64,000 nucleotides of DNA from Candidatus Zixiibacteriota bacterium (GTDB lineage: Bacteria; RBG-13-66-14; B26-G2; WVWN01), in NCBI GenBank assembly GCA_050117845.1, contig JASFLY010000001.1, positions 192,001-256,000 of the forward strand. The letters are read 5' to 3'. Made by a program: the position numbers and the translations under genes. Shown here one piece after another: positions 18,601-26,967 of this stretch; the first letter of the stretch is position 1, and every line of letters begins with the position of its first letter. The notes under the pieces are model-generated. The model made no database searches. It saw nothing but the letters and a program-made list of their open reading frames with translations, and had not been told where the DNA came from.

Positions 18601-20129
18601 CCGAGGACACGCAGAAGCTCATCGCCGAGAAGATAGACGAGCACAACCTAAACCGCGTCGTCGTCGCCTCCTGCACGCCGCGCACCCACGAGCCGCTCTT
18701 CCGCGCCACCCTCCGCGAGTCCGGCCTGAACTCCTACCTCTTCGAGATGGCGAACATCCGCGAGCACTGCTCCTGGGTCCATATGAAACAGCCGGCCGAA
18801 GCCACGGCCAAGGCCAAGGAACTCGTCCGCATGGCGGTCGCCCGGGCGGTCAACCTCTCGCCGCTGACCGACATCGAACTCCCGGTAACGCAGACCGCGC
18901 TCGTCGTCGGCGGCGGGGCGGCCGGCATGACCGCGGCGTTGGGCCTCGCCGACCAGGGCTTCGAAACGTACCTGGTCGAGAAGGAGGCCGAACTCGGCGG
19001 CCACCTCCAGCACATCAAATACCTGCCCGACGGCAGCGACGTCCCGGCCTTCCGGGACGAGTTGGCCGCGAAGGTTAAAAGTCACGATAAGATAAAACTG
19101 TTCACGGGCGCCACGCTCAAATCGGTAGCGGGATTCGTGGGCAACTACGTCTCGGTGGTCGAGGACGGCGGCGGCGAGCACGAACTGGAGCACGGCGCGG
19201 TGGTCGTGGCCACGGGGGCCCGCATGGCCGAACATGACGAATTCGGCTACGGCGGAAGTGACCGCGTAATCTCCCAGCGCGCGCTCGAGGACGAGCTGGC
19301 CGAAGGCCGCGTTCCCCACGGCGGCCGGGACGTCGCCATGATCCAGTGCGTCGGCTCCCGCGACGACGAGCATCCCTACTGCTCGCGGATATGCTGCGTC
19401 GAGGCCGTCAAGAACGCCCTTAAATTAAAAGAGCTTGCGCCCGAGTCGAACGTATACATATTATATAGGGACATGCGGACCTACGGCGAGGCCGAGGACC
19501 TCTACCGCGAGGCCCGCGAGAAGGGCGTCTTCTTCGCCCGCTTCGACCCGGAGAACAAACCGGAAGTCGCGCCCGCCGGCGATAAAGTTAAATTAAAATG
19601 GTTCGACATCATTCTCGGCGAGGACGTGGAGGTCGAGGTGGACCTGGTGGCGCTGGCGCAGGGGACCTGGCCCGACGCCGAGGCCAACAAAGCGTTGGCC
19701 GAGATGCTCAAGGTCCCGCTGACGGCGGACGGCTTTTTCCTCGAGGCCCACATGAAGCTGCGGCCGGTGGACTTCGCCACCGACGGCGTCTTCGTCTGCG
19801 GCCTGGCGCACAACCCGAAGACGATAACGGAGTCCGTCGCGCAGGCGCAGGCCGCCGCGGCCCGGGCGGCGACTATTCTCGCCAAGCCGACGATAAAGGC
19901 CGAGGGGCGAGTCGCCGTCGTCAACGAGAAACGATGCATCGCGTGCGGCACCTGCGAGGGCGTCTGCCCCTACGGCGCCATCGAGGTCAACAAAGAGAAG
20001 ATGGTGGCCGAGGCCAACCCGGGCCTGTGCAAGGGCTGCGGGAGTTGCGCCGCGGCCTGCTGGTCCGGCGCGGTGGACATCGCCGGCGTGACCCACGAGC
20101 AGTTACTGGACGCCATCACGGCTCTATAA
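15693..20129 (+). CDS. hdrA: HdrL-type large HdrA: HdrA with inserted GltD/NfnB-like NAD(P)H oxidoreductase module and second HdrA unit
   Basis: GGGVAG, DKTFPTNDCSMC, CRSACP/CGRVCHHPCE, GAGPAG, GGGNAA, QCVGSR..CSSVCC, GVFICHCG, ASCTPRTHE, C-terminal 2x4Fe-4S. Confidence 0.9.
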   Translation: MADKAKCKDVVGAAMVVGGGVAGVQAALDLANAGVKVYLVEKGAAIGGTMAQLDKTFPTNDCSMCILAPKLVEAGRHENVEILTLSELEALEGEAGNFTARVRRHARYVDLDACTGCTDCAGVCPVEYPDEYEVGLVERRAVYRPYAQAIPNCFAITKRGKAPCRSACPIDQAAQGYVALIAEGKFREALALIRRQNPLPGVCGRVCHHPCEADCFRGELDAPVSIRSLKRFAADWEAANEPDYSYVDEYDIEKKDERVAVVGAGPAGLTCASDLALAGYEVHVFEALPTAGGMLRVGIPSYRLPDDVLDRDVGFLVKLGVQFHYNAELGKTFALDDLFEDGYKAAFVGVGAHESLKLRCTGEELEGVVGAVEFLREFNLEGKVPVGKKVAVIGGGNAAIDAARTTARLGADVTIFYRRTRKEMPADELEITEALREGVKLELLAAPEEILGKEGRVVGMKVQRMELGEPDESGRRRPVPIEGDTYDVELDMVIPAISQAPVVEHLDADEAICLTKWRTVEVDEKTGMTGRAGVFAGGDAVTGPGMVTEAMQQGRRAARGIIDYLKGGEYPVPEPTGLPTVESDEVPKDKADPAPRAEMAELPPDKRAGNFDEVELGLTEEQAVAEAKRCLSCGLCSECLECVTACKPDAIRHFDVERVEEIPVGAVVLAAGFEEFDATLKSEYGYGRVPDVVTSIEFERLLSASGPFGGHLKRPSDGVDPVKVAWLQCVGSRDTSVDRGYCSSVCCMYATKQAVIAREHDHNVEPTIFFMDMRSFGKEFDRYIDRAESEYGVRFVRSRVDSVEREDGKLILKYEDEAGAFFREEFDLVVLSVGLDVDPDTRALLSRLDVDADRYGFVAAPPFRPTDTSRPGVFAAGAVAGPKDIPESVTQASAAAAQASATVAPARWTATTEAQFPAERDIKGEPPRVGVFICHCGINIGGTVDVPAVVDYAETLPWVAYTERNLFTCSEDTQKLIAEKIDEHNLNRVVVASCTPRTHEPLFRATLRESGLNSYLFEMANIREHCSWVHMKQPAEATAKAKELVRMAVARAVNLSPLTDIELPVTQTALVVGGGAAGMTAALGLADQGFETYLVEKEAELGGHLQHIKYLPDGSDVPAFRDELAAKVKSHDKIKLFTGATLKSVAGFVGNYVSVVEDGGGEHELEHGAVVVATGARMAEHDEFGYGGSDRVISQRALEDELAEGRVPHGGRDVAMIQCVGSRDDEHPYCSRICCVEAVKNALKLKELAPESNVYILYRDMRTYGEAEDLYREAREKGVFFARFDPENKPEVAPAGDKVKLKWFDIILGEDVEVEVDLVALAQGTWPDAEANKALAEMLKVPLTADGFFLEAHMKLRPVDFATDGVFVCGLAHNPKTITESVAQAQAAAARAATILAKPTIKAEGRVAVVNEKRCIACGTCEGVCPYGAIEVNKEKMVAEANPGLCKGCGSCAAACWSGAVDIAGVTHEQLLDAITAL

Positions 20130-20145
20130 TAGGTGATACGTGAAA

Positions 20146-20315
20146 CCGGCCGCTTTAGCGGCCGGAGGATCACTCGCGAAGCGTAAGCGTCGGGTTTTAA
20201 CCCGACGGCCGGAGGATAACCGGCGAAGCGTAAAAGTCGGATATAGATGCCGGCGGCTTCAGCCGCCGGAGCCTCACCCGCGAAGCGTTAACGTCGGCCT
20301 TCAGGCCGTCGACGG
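20146..20315. repeat. BIME-like alternating palindromes, 104 bp period
   Basis: Hairpins at 20146, 20188, 20250, 20292; GCGAAGCGT(T)AA spacers three times. Confidence 0.65.
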
Positions 20316-20322
20316 TAGAGAT

Positions 20323-20757
20323 ATGACCCCTAAAGAAGACACCTGGGAACCCCGCATCCTCGCGTTCCTGTGCACCTGGTGCAGTTACGCCGGCGCGGAC
20401 CTGGCGGGCGTCTCGCGCCTGCAGTACCCGCCCAACGTCCGCGTCATCAAGGTGCCGTGCTCGGCGCGAGTGAAGCCGTTGTACCTGATTCGGGCCTTAC
20501 TCGAAGGCTGGGACGGCGTCCTGGTCTCGGGCTGCCACCCGGGAGACTGCCACTACATCGCCGGCAACTACGCCGCCCGGCGCCGCTTCACGCTACTCCG
20601 CGATTACGTCGAGTACTTCGGCCTGGAGCCGGGGCGTCTCAACTTCTCCTGGGTCTCGGCCAGCGAGGGCGCCAAGTACGCGGAAGTCATCACGAACGTG
20701 GTCGACAAAATTAAAGAATTGGGGCCGGCGCGCCGGATGGTTAAGACGTATGGATAG
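20323..20757 (+). CDS. flxD: MvhD/FlxD 2Fe-2S subunit
   Basis: [31 protein letters not shown]. Confidence 0.85.
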   Translation: MTPKEDTWEPRILAFLCTWCSYAGADLAGVSRLQYPPNVRVIKVPCSARVKPLYLIRALLEGWDGVLVSGCHPGDCHYIAGNYAARRRFTLLRDYVEYFGLEPGRLNFSWVSASEGAKYAEVITNVVDKIKELGPARRMVKTYG

Positions 20758-20761
20758 GGGA

Positions 20762-21019
20762 TTACTTGTAAATATCGCCGCGGGGACCCAACGAGCGGAC
20801 TATTACGGAAGGTTCGGGGAGGTCGTTTACCTCGTAGATAACGCGCCAATCGCCGACGCGCAACCTAAAAAGGCCGCCCAGTTTCCCCTTGAGGGGCGTA
20901 CCGGCGGCGGGGTCTTCGGCGAGGCGGTTAATGGCGGTGAACAACCTGCGGCGTTCGGGGACGGGGAGAGAAGCGAGTTTCCGCAACGGGGCCTTACGAA
21001 AGACGACGGCGTACGTCAT
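20762..21019 (-). CDS. RelE/ParE family toxin
   Basis: Basic 85 aa protein, LKGKLGGLFRLRVGDWRVIY and GPRGDIYK. Confidence 0.85.
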   Translation of the reverse strand: MTYAVVFRKAPLRKLASLPVPERRRLFTAINRLAEDPAAGTPLKGKLGGLFRLRVGDWRVIYEVNDLPEPSVIVRSLGPRGDIYK

Positions 21020-21267
21020 TCCGCGGCCGCGGTCAGTAAGGCCCGCAGTTTCGCCTCGTCGTCCAGGGCTGCGGCGACCTTATCGGCCGGGACGCTTGCC
21101 CCGTCCGGGTCGTTTATCTGGGCCATGAGGTCGTCGTTCGCCAGCGTCTCGAACGTGGCCCGCCACGAGTCCCACTCGCTGACGATGGCGAGTATGATGT
21201 TTAGATCGCTAAGGCGCAAACGTTTCAGCTTGCCGACGACCGCGGCCAGAGTGTCTTCGCGGGTCAT
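21016..21267 (-). CDS. Putative antitoxin
   Basis: 83 aa ORF with ATGA overlap into toxin; WRATFETL resembles antitoxin C-terminal motif; AGGAGG RBS. Confidence 0.7.
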   Translation of the reverse strand: MTREDTLAAVVGKLKRLRLSDLNIILAIVSEWDSWRATFETLANDDLMAQINDPDGASVPADKVAAALDDEAKLRALLTAAAE

Positions 21268-21300
21268 GGATAGAAACCTCCTACGCAAGGAGTATAACAC

Positions 21301-21660
21301 ATGTCGAACGACAAGATAATCGCTTTTTGCGGGATCCTGTGCTCGGAGTGCCCGGCCTACAAGGCCACGCTCGCCGGCGACGAGGACGCCCTGGCGAAAC
21401 AGGCCAAGGAATGGAGTTCCGACGATTACCCGCTGACGGCGGACGACTTGGCCTGCGACGGCTGCCTCCAAGAGGACAAGCGCGTCGCGAAATTCTGCGC
21501 CGACTGCGACGTACGCGGTTGCGCGCTCGAGCGGGGCGTCGAAAACTGCGCCCACTGCGACGCCTTCCCGTGTGAAATGCTGGAGAAGCCGTGGTCGATG
21601 TCGGTCGACGCCAAGACCACGCTGGAGGAAATCCGGCAGATGCTCAAGGGCGCGTCGTAA
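21301..21660 (+). CDS. DUF3795-like Cys-rich protein
   Basis: AFCGILCSECPAY, CDGC, CADC, CAHCDAFPC. Confidence 0.75.
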   Translation: MSNDKIIAFCGILCSECPAYKATLAGDEDALAKQAKEWSSDDYPLTADDLACDGCLQEDKRVAKFCADCDVRGCALERGVENCAHCDAFPCEMLEKPWSMSVDAKTTLEEIRQMLKGAS

Positions 21661-22022
21661 TGGCCGAGGGCGGGATGATCGCGTTCTGCGGCATCAACTG
21701 CGCCGCGTGCCCGGCGTACCTCGGGACGCAGGCCGGCGACGAGGAGTTGCTGGCCAGGACGGCCGAAGAGTGGTCCTTCGGCGAACAGAAGCTCACGGCC
21801 GCCGACATGGAGTGCTACAGCTGTCTCCAAACCGAAAAACGCCTCTTCAAATGGTGCGCCCTCTGCAAGGTTAAGGAATGCTGCCGCGATAAGGGCCTGG
21901 CCAACTGCGCCCACTGCGACGACTACGCGTGCGAGGAATTGAAAGAGCTCTGGGGGATGTTCCCCTCCGACGCCGCGCGCATGGCCCTCGACGACATTAG
22001 ACGGGACATAAAAAGACTCTGA
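21660..22022 (+). CDS. DUF3795-like Cys-rich protein (tandem paralog)
   Basis: AFCGINCAACPAY, CYSC, CALC, CAHCDDYAC; TAATG overlap with previous gene. Confidence 0.75.
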   Translation: MAEGGMIAFCGINCAACPAYLGTQAGDEELLARTAEEWSFGEQKLTAADMECYSCLQTEKRLFKWCALCKVKECCRDKGLANCAHCDDYACEELKELWGMFPSDAARMALDDIRRDIKRL

Positions 22023-22023
22023 T

Positions 22024-23028
22024 ATGACGAACGAAACGACGGAAAAAGAAATCCGAACGCGGGCGCGGGAGCTCCTCGAGGCCGGCGAGGCCGAGGTCGT
22101 AATAGGCCTGACCGAGGGCACGACCCCCCTCACGACCCGGCCCATCCTCGTCACGAAGGCCGAAGACGCCGACCGGCTGGTGTGGAACGGCCACTGCACG
22201 GCGGGTGTCGCGCGCTACGTCCTGGAATACATTCGCGACCGGCGGAAGGCCCGCGACTTCGACGCGGCCAAGGCGAAGAAGGTGGCCGTCGTCGCCAAAG
22301 CCGGCGACGCCCGGGCGCTCGTGACCTATATCCAGGAGAACCAGTTCAGCCGGGACGACGTATATATTATAGGAGTGAACTGCCCGGCCGCGATGGTCGA
22401 CCGGCGCAAAGTCACCCGGCTCGTCGGCCCCTACCACATGGCGGCCGCCCGCCTCGACGGCGACGCGGTGGTCGTAACGACGACCGACGGCGCCGAGGAA
22501 AAGTTCCCCCTGGAGGACTGCAGGGACGACGCGTGCGCCGCCTGTATCCGGCGCGAGCCGCCCATGGCGGACGTGACCTTCGGCGAGGCCGCCCCGGCCC
22601 CCGAGGGGACGGACCCCTACGGCCGCGTCGCCGAGCACGAGGGCCGCACGGCCGACGAGCGCTGGGCCTGGATCGAAGAGGAGCTGGGCCGGTGCATCCG
22701 GTGCTACGCCTGCCGGCAGGTCTGCCCGGCCTGCTACTGCGAGGAGTGCTTCGCCGAACAGCGCAACCCCGCGTGGATAGGGCCCGCGACCGCCCCGGCC
22801 GACCTGGTCGCGTTCCACCTGGTGCGGACCTTCCACACCGCGGGCCGCTGCGTCGAGTGCGGCGAGTGCGAACGCGCCTGTCCCATGGACATCCCGTTGC
22901 GCGTCCTGTCGCAAAAGCTCGTCCGCGACGTGGAGGAGAAGTTCGGCTACGTCGCCGGCCTCGACCCGGAGGCGCCGCCGCCGCTCTCGACCTATCAACC
23001 CGACGACTCGAACGAGGGTTTCATGTAA
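22024..23028 (+). CDS. flxC: FlxC-like 4Fe-4S protein
   Basis: CIRCYACRQVCPACYC and GRCVECGECERACP; position in hdrCBA-flxDCBA order. Confidence 0.75.
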   Translation: MTNETTEKEIRTRARELLEAGEAEVVIGLTEGTTPLTTRPILVTKAEDADRLVWNGHCTAGVARYVLEYIRDRRKARDFDAAKAKKVAVVAKAGDARALVTYIQENQFSRDDVYIIGVNCPAAMVDRRKVTRLVGPYHMAAARLDGDAVVVTTTDGAEEKFPLEDCRDDACAACIRREPPMADVTFGEAAPAPEGTDPYGRVAEHEGRTADERWAWIEEELGRCIRCYACRQVCPACYCEECFAEQRNPAWIGPATAPADLVAFHLVRTFHTAGRCVECGECERACPMDIPLRVLSQKLVRDVEEKFGYVAGLDPEAPPPLSTYQPDDSNEGFM

Positions 23029-24042
23029 ATGTCTACGGCCAAGGTTAAACGAGACGAACTGCCGAAGGCGCTCGAGAACGCCCGGGCCGCGGGGTACGAG
23101 ACGTTCGCGCCCGTGCGCCGGCCCGAGGGCTGGACCTTCGCGCGGTACGAGGGCGGCGACGTCGCGCTCGACGGCTACCTTCTGACCAAACTAAGCGCCA
23201 AGAGTTTCGCGCTGCCCCAACTCGAGGCCGTGCTGTCGTACGACGGCGCCGAGGGCCAACCCGCCCCGCCGGCCGAGGGCAAACGCGCCATCCTGGGCGT
23301 CCGGCCTTGCGATGCCCGGGCGCTCGCGCTGGTCGACCGTGTGTACCGCGAGCGCGGTTTCGTCGATCCGCTCTACGCCGCCCGGCGCGACAACACTACT
23401 ATTATAACGTTCGCGTGCGCGTACCCCGCGCCGACCTGCTTCTGCACCTCCGTGGGGGGCGGCCCGGCCGACGCGACGGGGGCGGACGTCATGGCCTATC
23501 CGGCCGGCGACGACCTCCTCCTCGAGGCCGCAACGCCCGGGGGCGAGGAATTCCTGAAGGGCGCGAACCTCGACGAGGCGGCCGGCGACGAACTGGAGGC
23601 CGCGAAGAAAGCCTGCGCGGAAATCGCCGGTAGAATGGCGCCCTTGTGGGACCTGGCTGCCGCCCGGGCCAGGCTCTACGAAAACTTCGACGCCGACGCG
23701 TGGGCCGAAGTCGCGTCCCGCTGCATAAGCTGCGGCGCGTGCACCTTCGTCTGCCCGAGCTGCCACTGTTTCGACGTGGCCGACGAGGGCAAGCACGGCC
23801 GGGGCCAACGCCTCCGCTTCTGGGACGCCTGCACGCAATCGCTCTTCACGCTCCACGCCTCGGGCCACAACCCGCGTGACCGCAAGGCCCAGCGCTACCG
23901 CCAGCGCGTCCTGCACAAGTTCCACTACTTCCACGACAACTGGGGCGAAAACCTGTGCGTGGGGTGCGGCCGCTGCGTCGTGGAGTGCCCGGCCAACGTG
24001 GACATCCGCGAGGCCGTGACGCTCGTGGCGGAGGCGGGATAG
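23029..24042 (+). CDS. flxB: FlxB/AsrA-like 4Fe-4S protein
   Basis: GVRPCD, CFCTS, CISCGACTFVCPSCHCF, WDAC, CVGCGRCVVECP. Confidence 0.8.
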   Translation: MSTAKVKRDELPKALENARAAGYETFAPVRRPEGWTFARYEGGDVALDGYLLTKLSAKSFALPQLEAVLSYDGAEGQPAPPAEGKRAILGVRPCDARALALVDRVYRERGFVDPLYAARRDNTTIITFACAYPAPTCFCTSVGGGPADATGADVMAYPAGDDLLLEAATPGGEEFLKGANLDEAAGDELEAAKKACAEIAGRMAPLWDLAAARARLYENFDADAWAEVASRCISCGACTFVCPSCHCFDVADEGKHGRGQRLRFWDACTQSLFTLHASGHNPRDRKAQRYRQRVLHKFHYFHDNWGENLCVGCGRCVVECPANVDIREAVTLVAEAG

Positions 24043-24043
24043 A

Positions 24044-24343
24044 ATGAACGCCCGGGTCGAGATAGAGGCCGGCGGCGAGAGCTTCGGCGACTTCGAGAAG
24101 GCCAACGTCCTCCGGGAGTGCGGCGGCGACGGTACCGGCGTACTGGTGGAGGTGTTCGAGGCCCCGCGGCCCGCGTTCCTGGACAGCGACGAAGAGGTAA
24201 CGCTCACTACCTACGTCGAGGGCCTGGTGGTAATCATCGCCTGCCGCGCCGACGAGTGTGAATACAACCAGGAGAAGAAACGACTTACGTTCAAAGGCAA
24301 TTGCCGGGGATGCCGCGTATATGACGCCAAGCCAGCTGCATGA
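24044..24343 (+). CDS. Small hypothetical protein
   Basis: Fills the gap between flxB and flxA, RBS-like GGAGG upstream, host-like codon usage. Confidence 0.5.
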   Translation: MNARVEIEAGGESFGDFEKANVLRECGGDGTGVLVEVFEAPRPAFLDSDEEVTLTTYVEGLVVIIACRADECEYNQEKKRLTFKGNCRGCRVYDAKPAA

Positions 24344-25166
24344 AGCGCCGCTCCTGCCGGCCCCGACGACGCTCGAGCGCGTCGTCGTGGAGACCGACGC
24401 CGCGGACCTGAAAAGCTTCTACCTGAAATTCGCGGACGGCCCGCGCTGGGACTACCTGCCCGGCCAGTTCGCGGAGCTCTCGCTCTACGGCTACGGCGAG
24501 TCGCCCATCGGCATCGCCTCCTCGCCCACCGAGGGCGACGAGCTGATGTTCACGGTCCTCAACACCGAGGGCCGGGTGACCCGGGCGCTGCACCGCCTCG
24601 CCCCGGGCGCGCCGGTCGGCATCCGCGGCCCGCTAGGCAACACCTGGCCGCTCGACGAGATGCGCGGCAAGAACGTCCTCATCCTCGGCGGCGGCTTCGC
24701 TTTCACGACGCAGCGCTCGTTGACCCAATACATCCTGGCGAACCGCGGCGACTTCGGCGACCTCACGGTGGTTTACGGGGCCCGCTCGCCCGGGGGGCTC
24801 TTGTACAAGGCCGAGCTCGCCGAATGGGAGAAGTCGCCCGACCTCACGCTCCATTTGATAGTGGACAAGGGCGACGAGACCTGGACCGGCCGGGAGGGCT
24901 TCGTCCTCAACGTCGTGGAGGAGGAACAGCCGCCCAGCGAGAACGCGGTCGCGCTCCTTTGCGGCCCGCCCATCATGATCAAGTTCACGCTGCCGGTTCT
25001 GGACAAACAGGGCTGGAAGCCGGAGCAGATATACACCAGCCTCGAGATGCGGATGAAGTGCGGCGTGGGGATGTGCGGCCGCTGCAACATCGGCCCCAAG
25101 TACGTCTGCGTGGACGGGCCGGTGTTCTCGTTCGCGGAGCTCTCGAAGCTGCCGCAGGAATATTAG
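24321..25166 (+). CDS. flxA: FlxA/AsrB-like FAD/NAD(P)-binding 2Fe-2S oxidoreductase
   Basis: PGQF, RGPLGN, GGG, CGPPIM, EMRMKCGVGMCGRC..CVDGPVF. Confidence 0.85.
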   Translation: MTPSQLHEAPLLPAPTTLERVVVETDAADLKSFYLKFADGPRWDYLPGQFAELSLYGYGESPIGIASSPTEGDELMFTVLNTEGRVTRALHRLAPGAPVGIRGPLGNTWPLDEMRGKNVLILGGGFAFTTQRSLTQYILANRGDFGDLTVVYGARSPGGLLYKAELAEWEKSPDLTLHLIVDKGDETWTGREGFVLNVVEEEQPPSENAVALLCGPPIMIKFTLPVLDKQGWKPEQIYTSLEMRMKCGVGMCGRCNIGPKYVCVDGPVFSFAELSKLPQEY

Positions 25167-25227
25167 GATGCCGGAATCGCCGAATAAAAAATTCGTTCTT
25201 TATAAAACCCAAGCGCGGGAGAGCCAA

Positions 25228-25656
25228 ATGCAAATCAAAGATTACGACCTGCCGGACGAACTATACTATCACGGCGAGCACTCGTGGGCGAAGTTGGAAG
25301 ACGACGGCCGCGTGCGCGTCGGCATGAACGACTTCTTCCAGAAGGCCGCGGGCGACATCGTCTACGTCGACCTGCCGTTCGAGGACGACGACGTGTCCGC
25401 GGGCGAGACCTGCGGCAAGGTGCAGTCGTCGAAATGGGTCGGCAAACTCGTGTCCCCCATCTCCGGCACCATCGCCGAGGTCAACGAGGACCTGGAAGGC
25501 GACGCGACCCTCATCAACAAGGACCCCTACGGCTCCGGTTGGGTAATGATCGTCCAGCCCGAGGACTGGGACGGCGAAAAGGACGACCTGATGCAGGGCG
25601 ACGACGTCGCCACCTGGATGGAAGGCGAGATGAAGAAGGCCGAAGAGGGCGGTTAA
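25228..25656 (+). CDS. gcvH: Lipoyl-carrier protein (GcvH/LbpA-like)
   Basis: HSWAK, VQSSKWVG with the lipoylated Lys, EVN, INKDPYGSGW. Confidence 0.85.
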   Translation: MQIKDYDLPDELYYHGEHSWAKLEDDGRVRVGMNDFFQKAAGDIVYVDLPFEDDDVSAGETCGKVQSSKWVGKLVSPISGTIAEVNEDLEGDATLINKDPYGSGWVMIVQPEDWDGEKDDLMQGDDVATWMEGEMKKAEEGG

Positions 25657-25686
25657 CAGCCCGACAACCAAGGCGGAGGTAACAAT

Positions 25687-26928
25687 ATGAAGATCGACGT
25701 CCCCTACGGCAAGGAGACGGTCCCCCTCGAAGTACCCGACGGCGTCGAGATTGTATACCCCAACGAAGTCGACGCCCGCGACGAAGGGAAGGTCCTGGCG
25801 GAGGCACTGGCGAACCCTATCAACTCCAAGGCGTTCGCCGATTTTATTTCGGACGCCCGCGACGTTCTCTTCATCGTAAACGACGCCACGCGTCCCACCC
25901 CCAGCGCCCGCGTCCTGGAACTCATCGCCGGTGACCTCGCCGGCGTGAACGCCTCCTACATCGTCGCCACCGGCGCCCACCGCGCGTGCACCGAGGACGA
26001 ACTCCGCGAGATATTCGGCGCGCTGTACGACGACATCAAGGACCGCGTCATCATCCACGACGCCGACGTCGACGAGGACATGGTCCACATCGGCACGTCG
26101 ACGAACGGGACCGAGATGTACGTCAACCGCGCCGGCGTCGAGGCCCACAAAATAGTGATCATCGGCTCGGTGGAACCGCACTACTTCGCGGGCTACACCG
26201 GCGGCCGCAAGGCCTTCCTGCCCGGCATCGCCTCCCGCAAGACCATCACGCAGAACCACAAGTACGCCCTGCGGCCCGAGGCCAAGGCGCTGGCGCTGGA
26301 GGGCAATCCCGTCCACGAGGACATGATCGACGCGCTCAAGACCATCGCCGACAAGGAAATATTCTCCATCATGACCGTCCTCGACGGCGAGCACCGCATC
26401 TACGCCGCCACCGCGGGCCACATCAACGACTCGTTCTACGCCGCCATCGACGCGGCCAACGAGATCTTCTGCGTCCCGGTCTCGGGCGAGGCCGACGTCG
26501 TCGTGAGCGTCGCCCCCTACCCCATGGACATCGACCTCTATCAGTCGCAGAAGGCGCTGGACAACGCCAAGCTCGCGCTGGCGCCGGGGGGTATCCTGCT
26601 CCTCGTTTCGAAGTGCCGCATGGGCCTGGGCGACGACGCCTTCCTCAAACTCCTCTCCACCTGCGACTCGCCCGGGGACACCATGGCCAAGCTGGACCAG
26701 GATTACGTCCTCGGCTGGCACAAGGCCGGCAAGATGGCCGAGATCGCCATCAAGGGCGAGATGTGGGGCGTAACCGACCTCGACGACGAGACGCTACAAA
26801 AAGCCTTTATCAAACCCTACCAAAATCTACAGCAAGCGTTCGACGACGCTTTGGCGCAAAAAGGCGAGGCCGCACGCGTGCTGATTCTAATGAACGGGTC
26901 CATGTCCATCCCCATGATAAAAAATTAA
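25687..26928 (+). CDS. larA: Nickel-pincer lactate racemase family protein
   Basis: DATRPTP, ATGAHR, EPHYFAGYTGGRK, NH, DLYQSQKA, HKA. Confidence 0.85.
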   Translation: MKIDVPYGKETVPLEVPDGVEIVYPNEVDARDEGKVLAEALANPINSKAFADFISDARDVLFIVNDATRPTPSARVLELIAGDLAGVNASYIVATGAHRACTEDELREIFGALYDDIKDRVIIHDADVDEDMVHIGTSTNGTEMYVNRAGVEAHKIVIIGSVEPHYFAGYTGGRKAFLPGIASRKTITQNHKYALRPEAKALALEGNPVHEDMIDALKTIADKEIFSIMTVLDGEHRIYAATAGHINDSFYAAIDAANEIFCVPVSGEADVVVSVAPYPMDIDLYQSQKALDNAKLALAPGGILLLVSKCRMGLGDDAFLKLLSTCDSPGDTMAKLDQDYVLGWHKAGKMAEIAIKGEMWGVTDLDDETLQKAFIKPYQNLQQAFDDALAQKGEAARVLILMNGSMSIPMIKN

Positions 26929-26967
26929 CCGCGCGGCCGGCCGCCGACGCCGCCGCGGGAGGTTACT

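Noticed and set aside
25228..25656. Complete glycine cleavage system
   Set aside because: No P, T or L protein genes in the window
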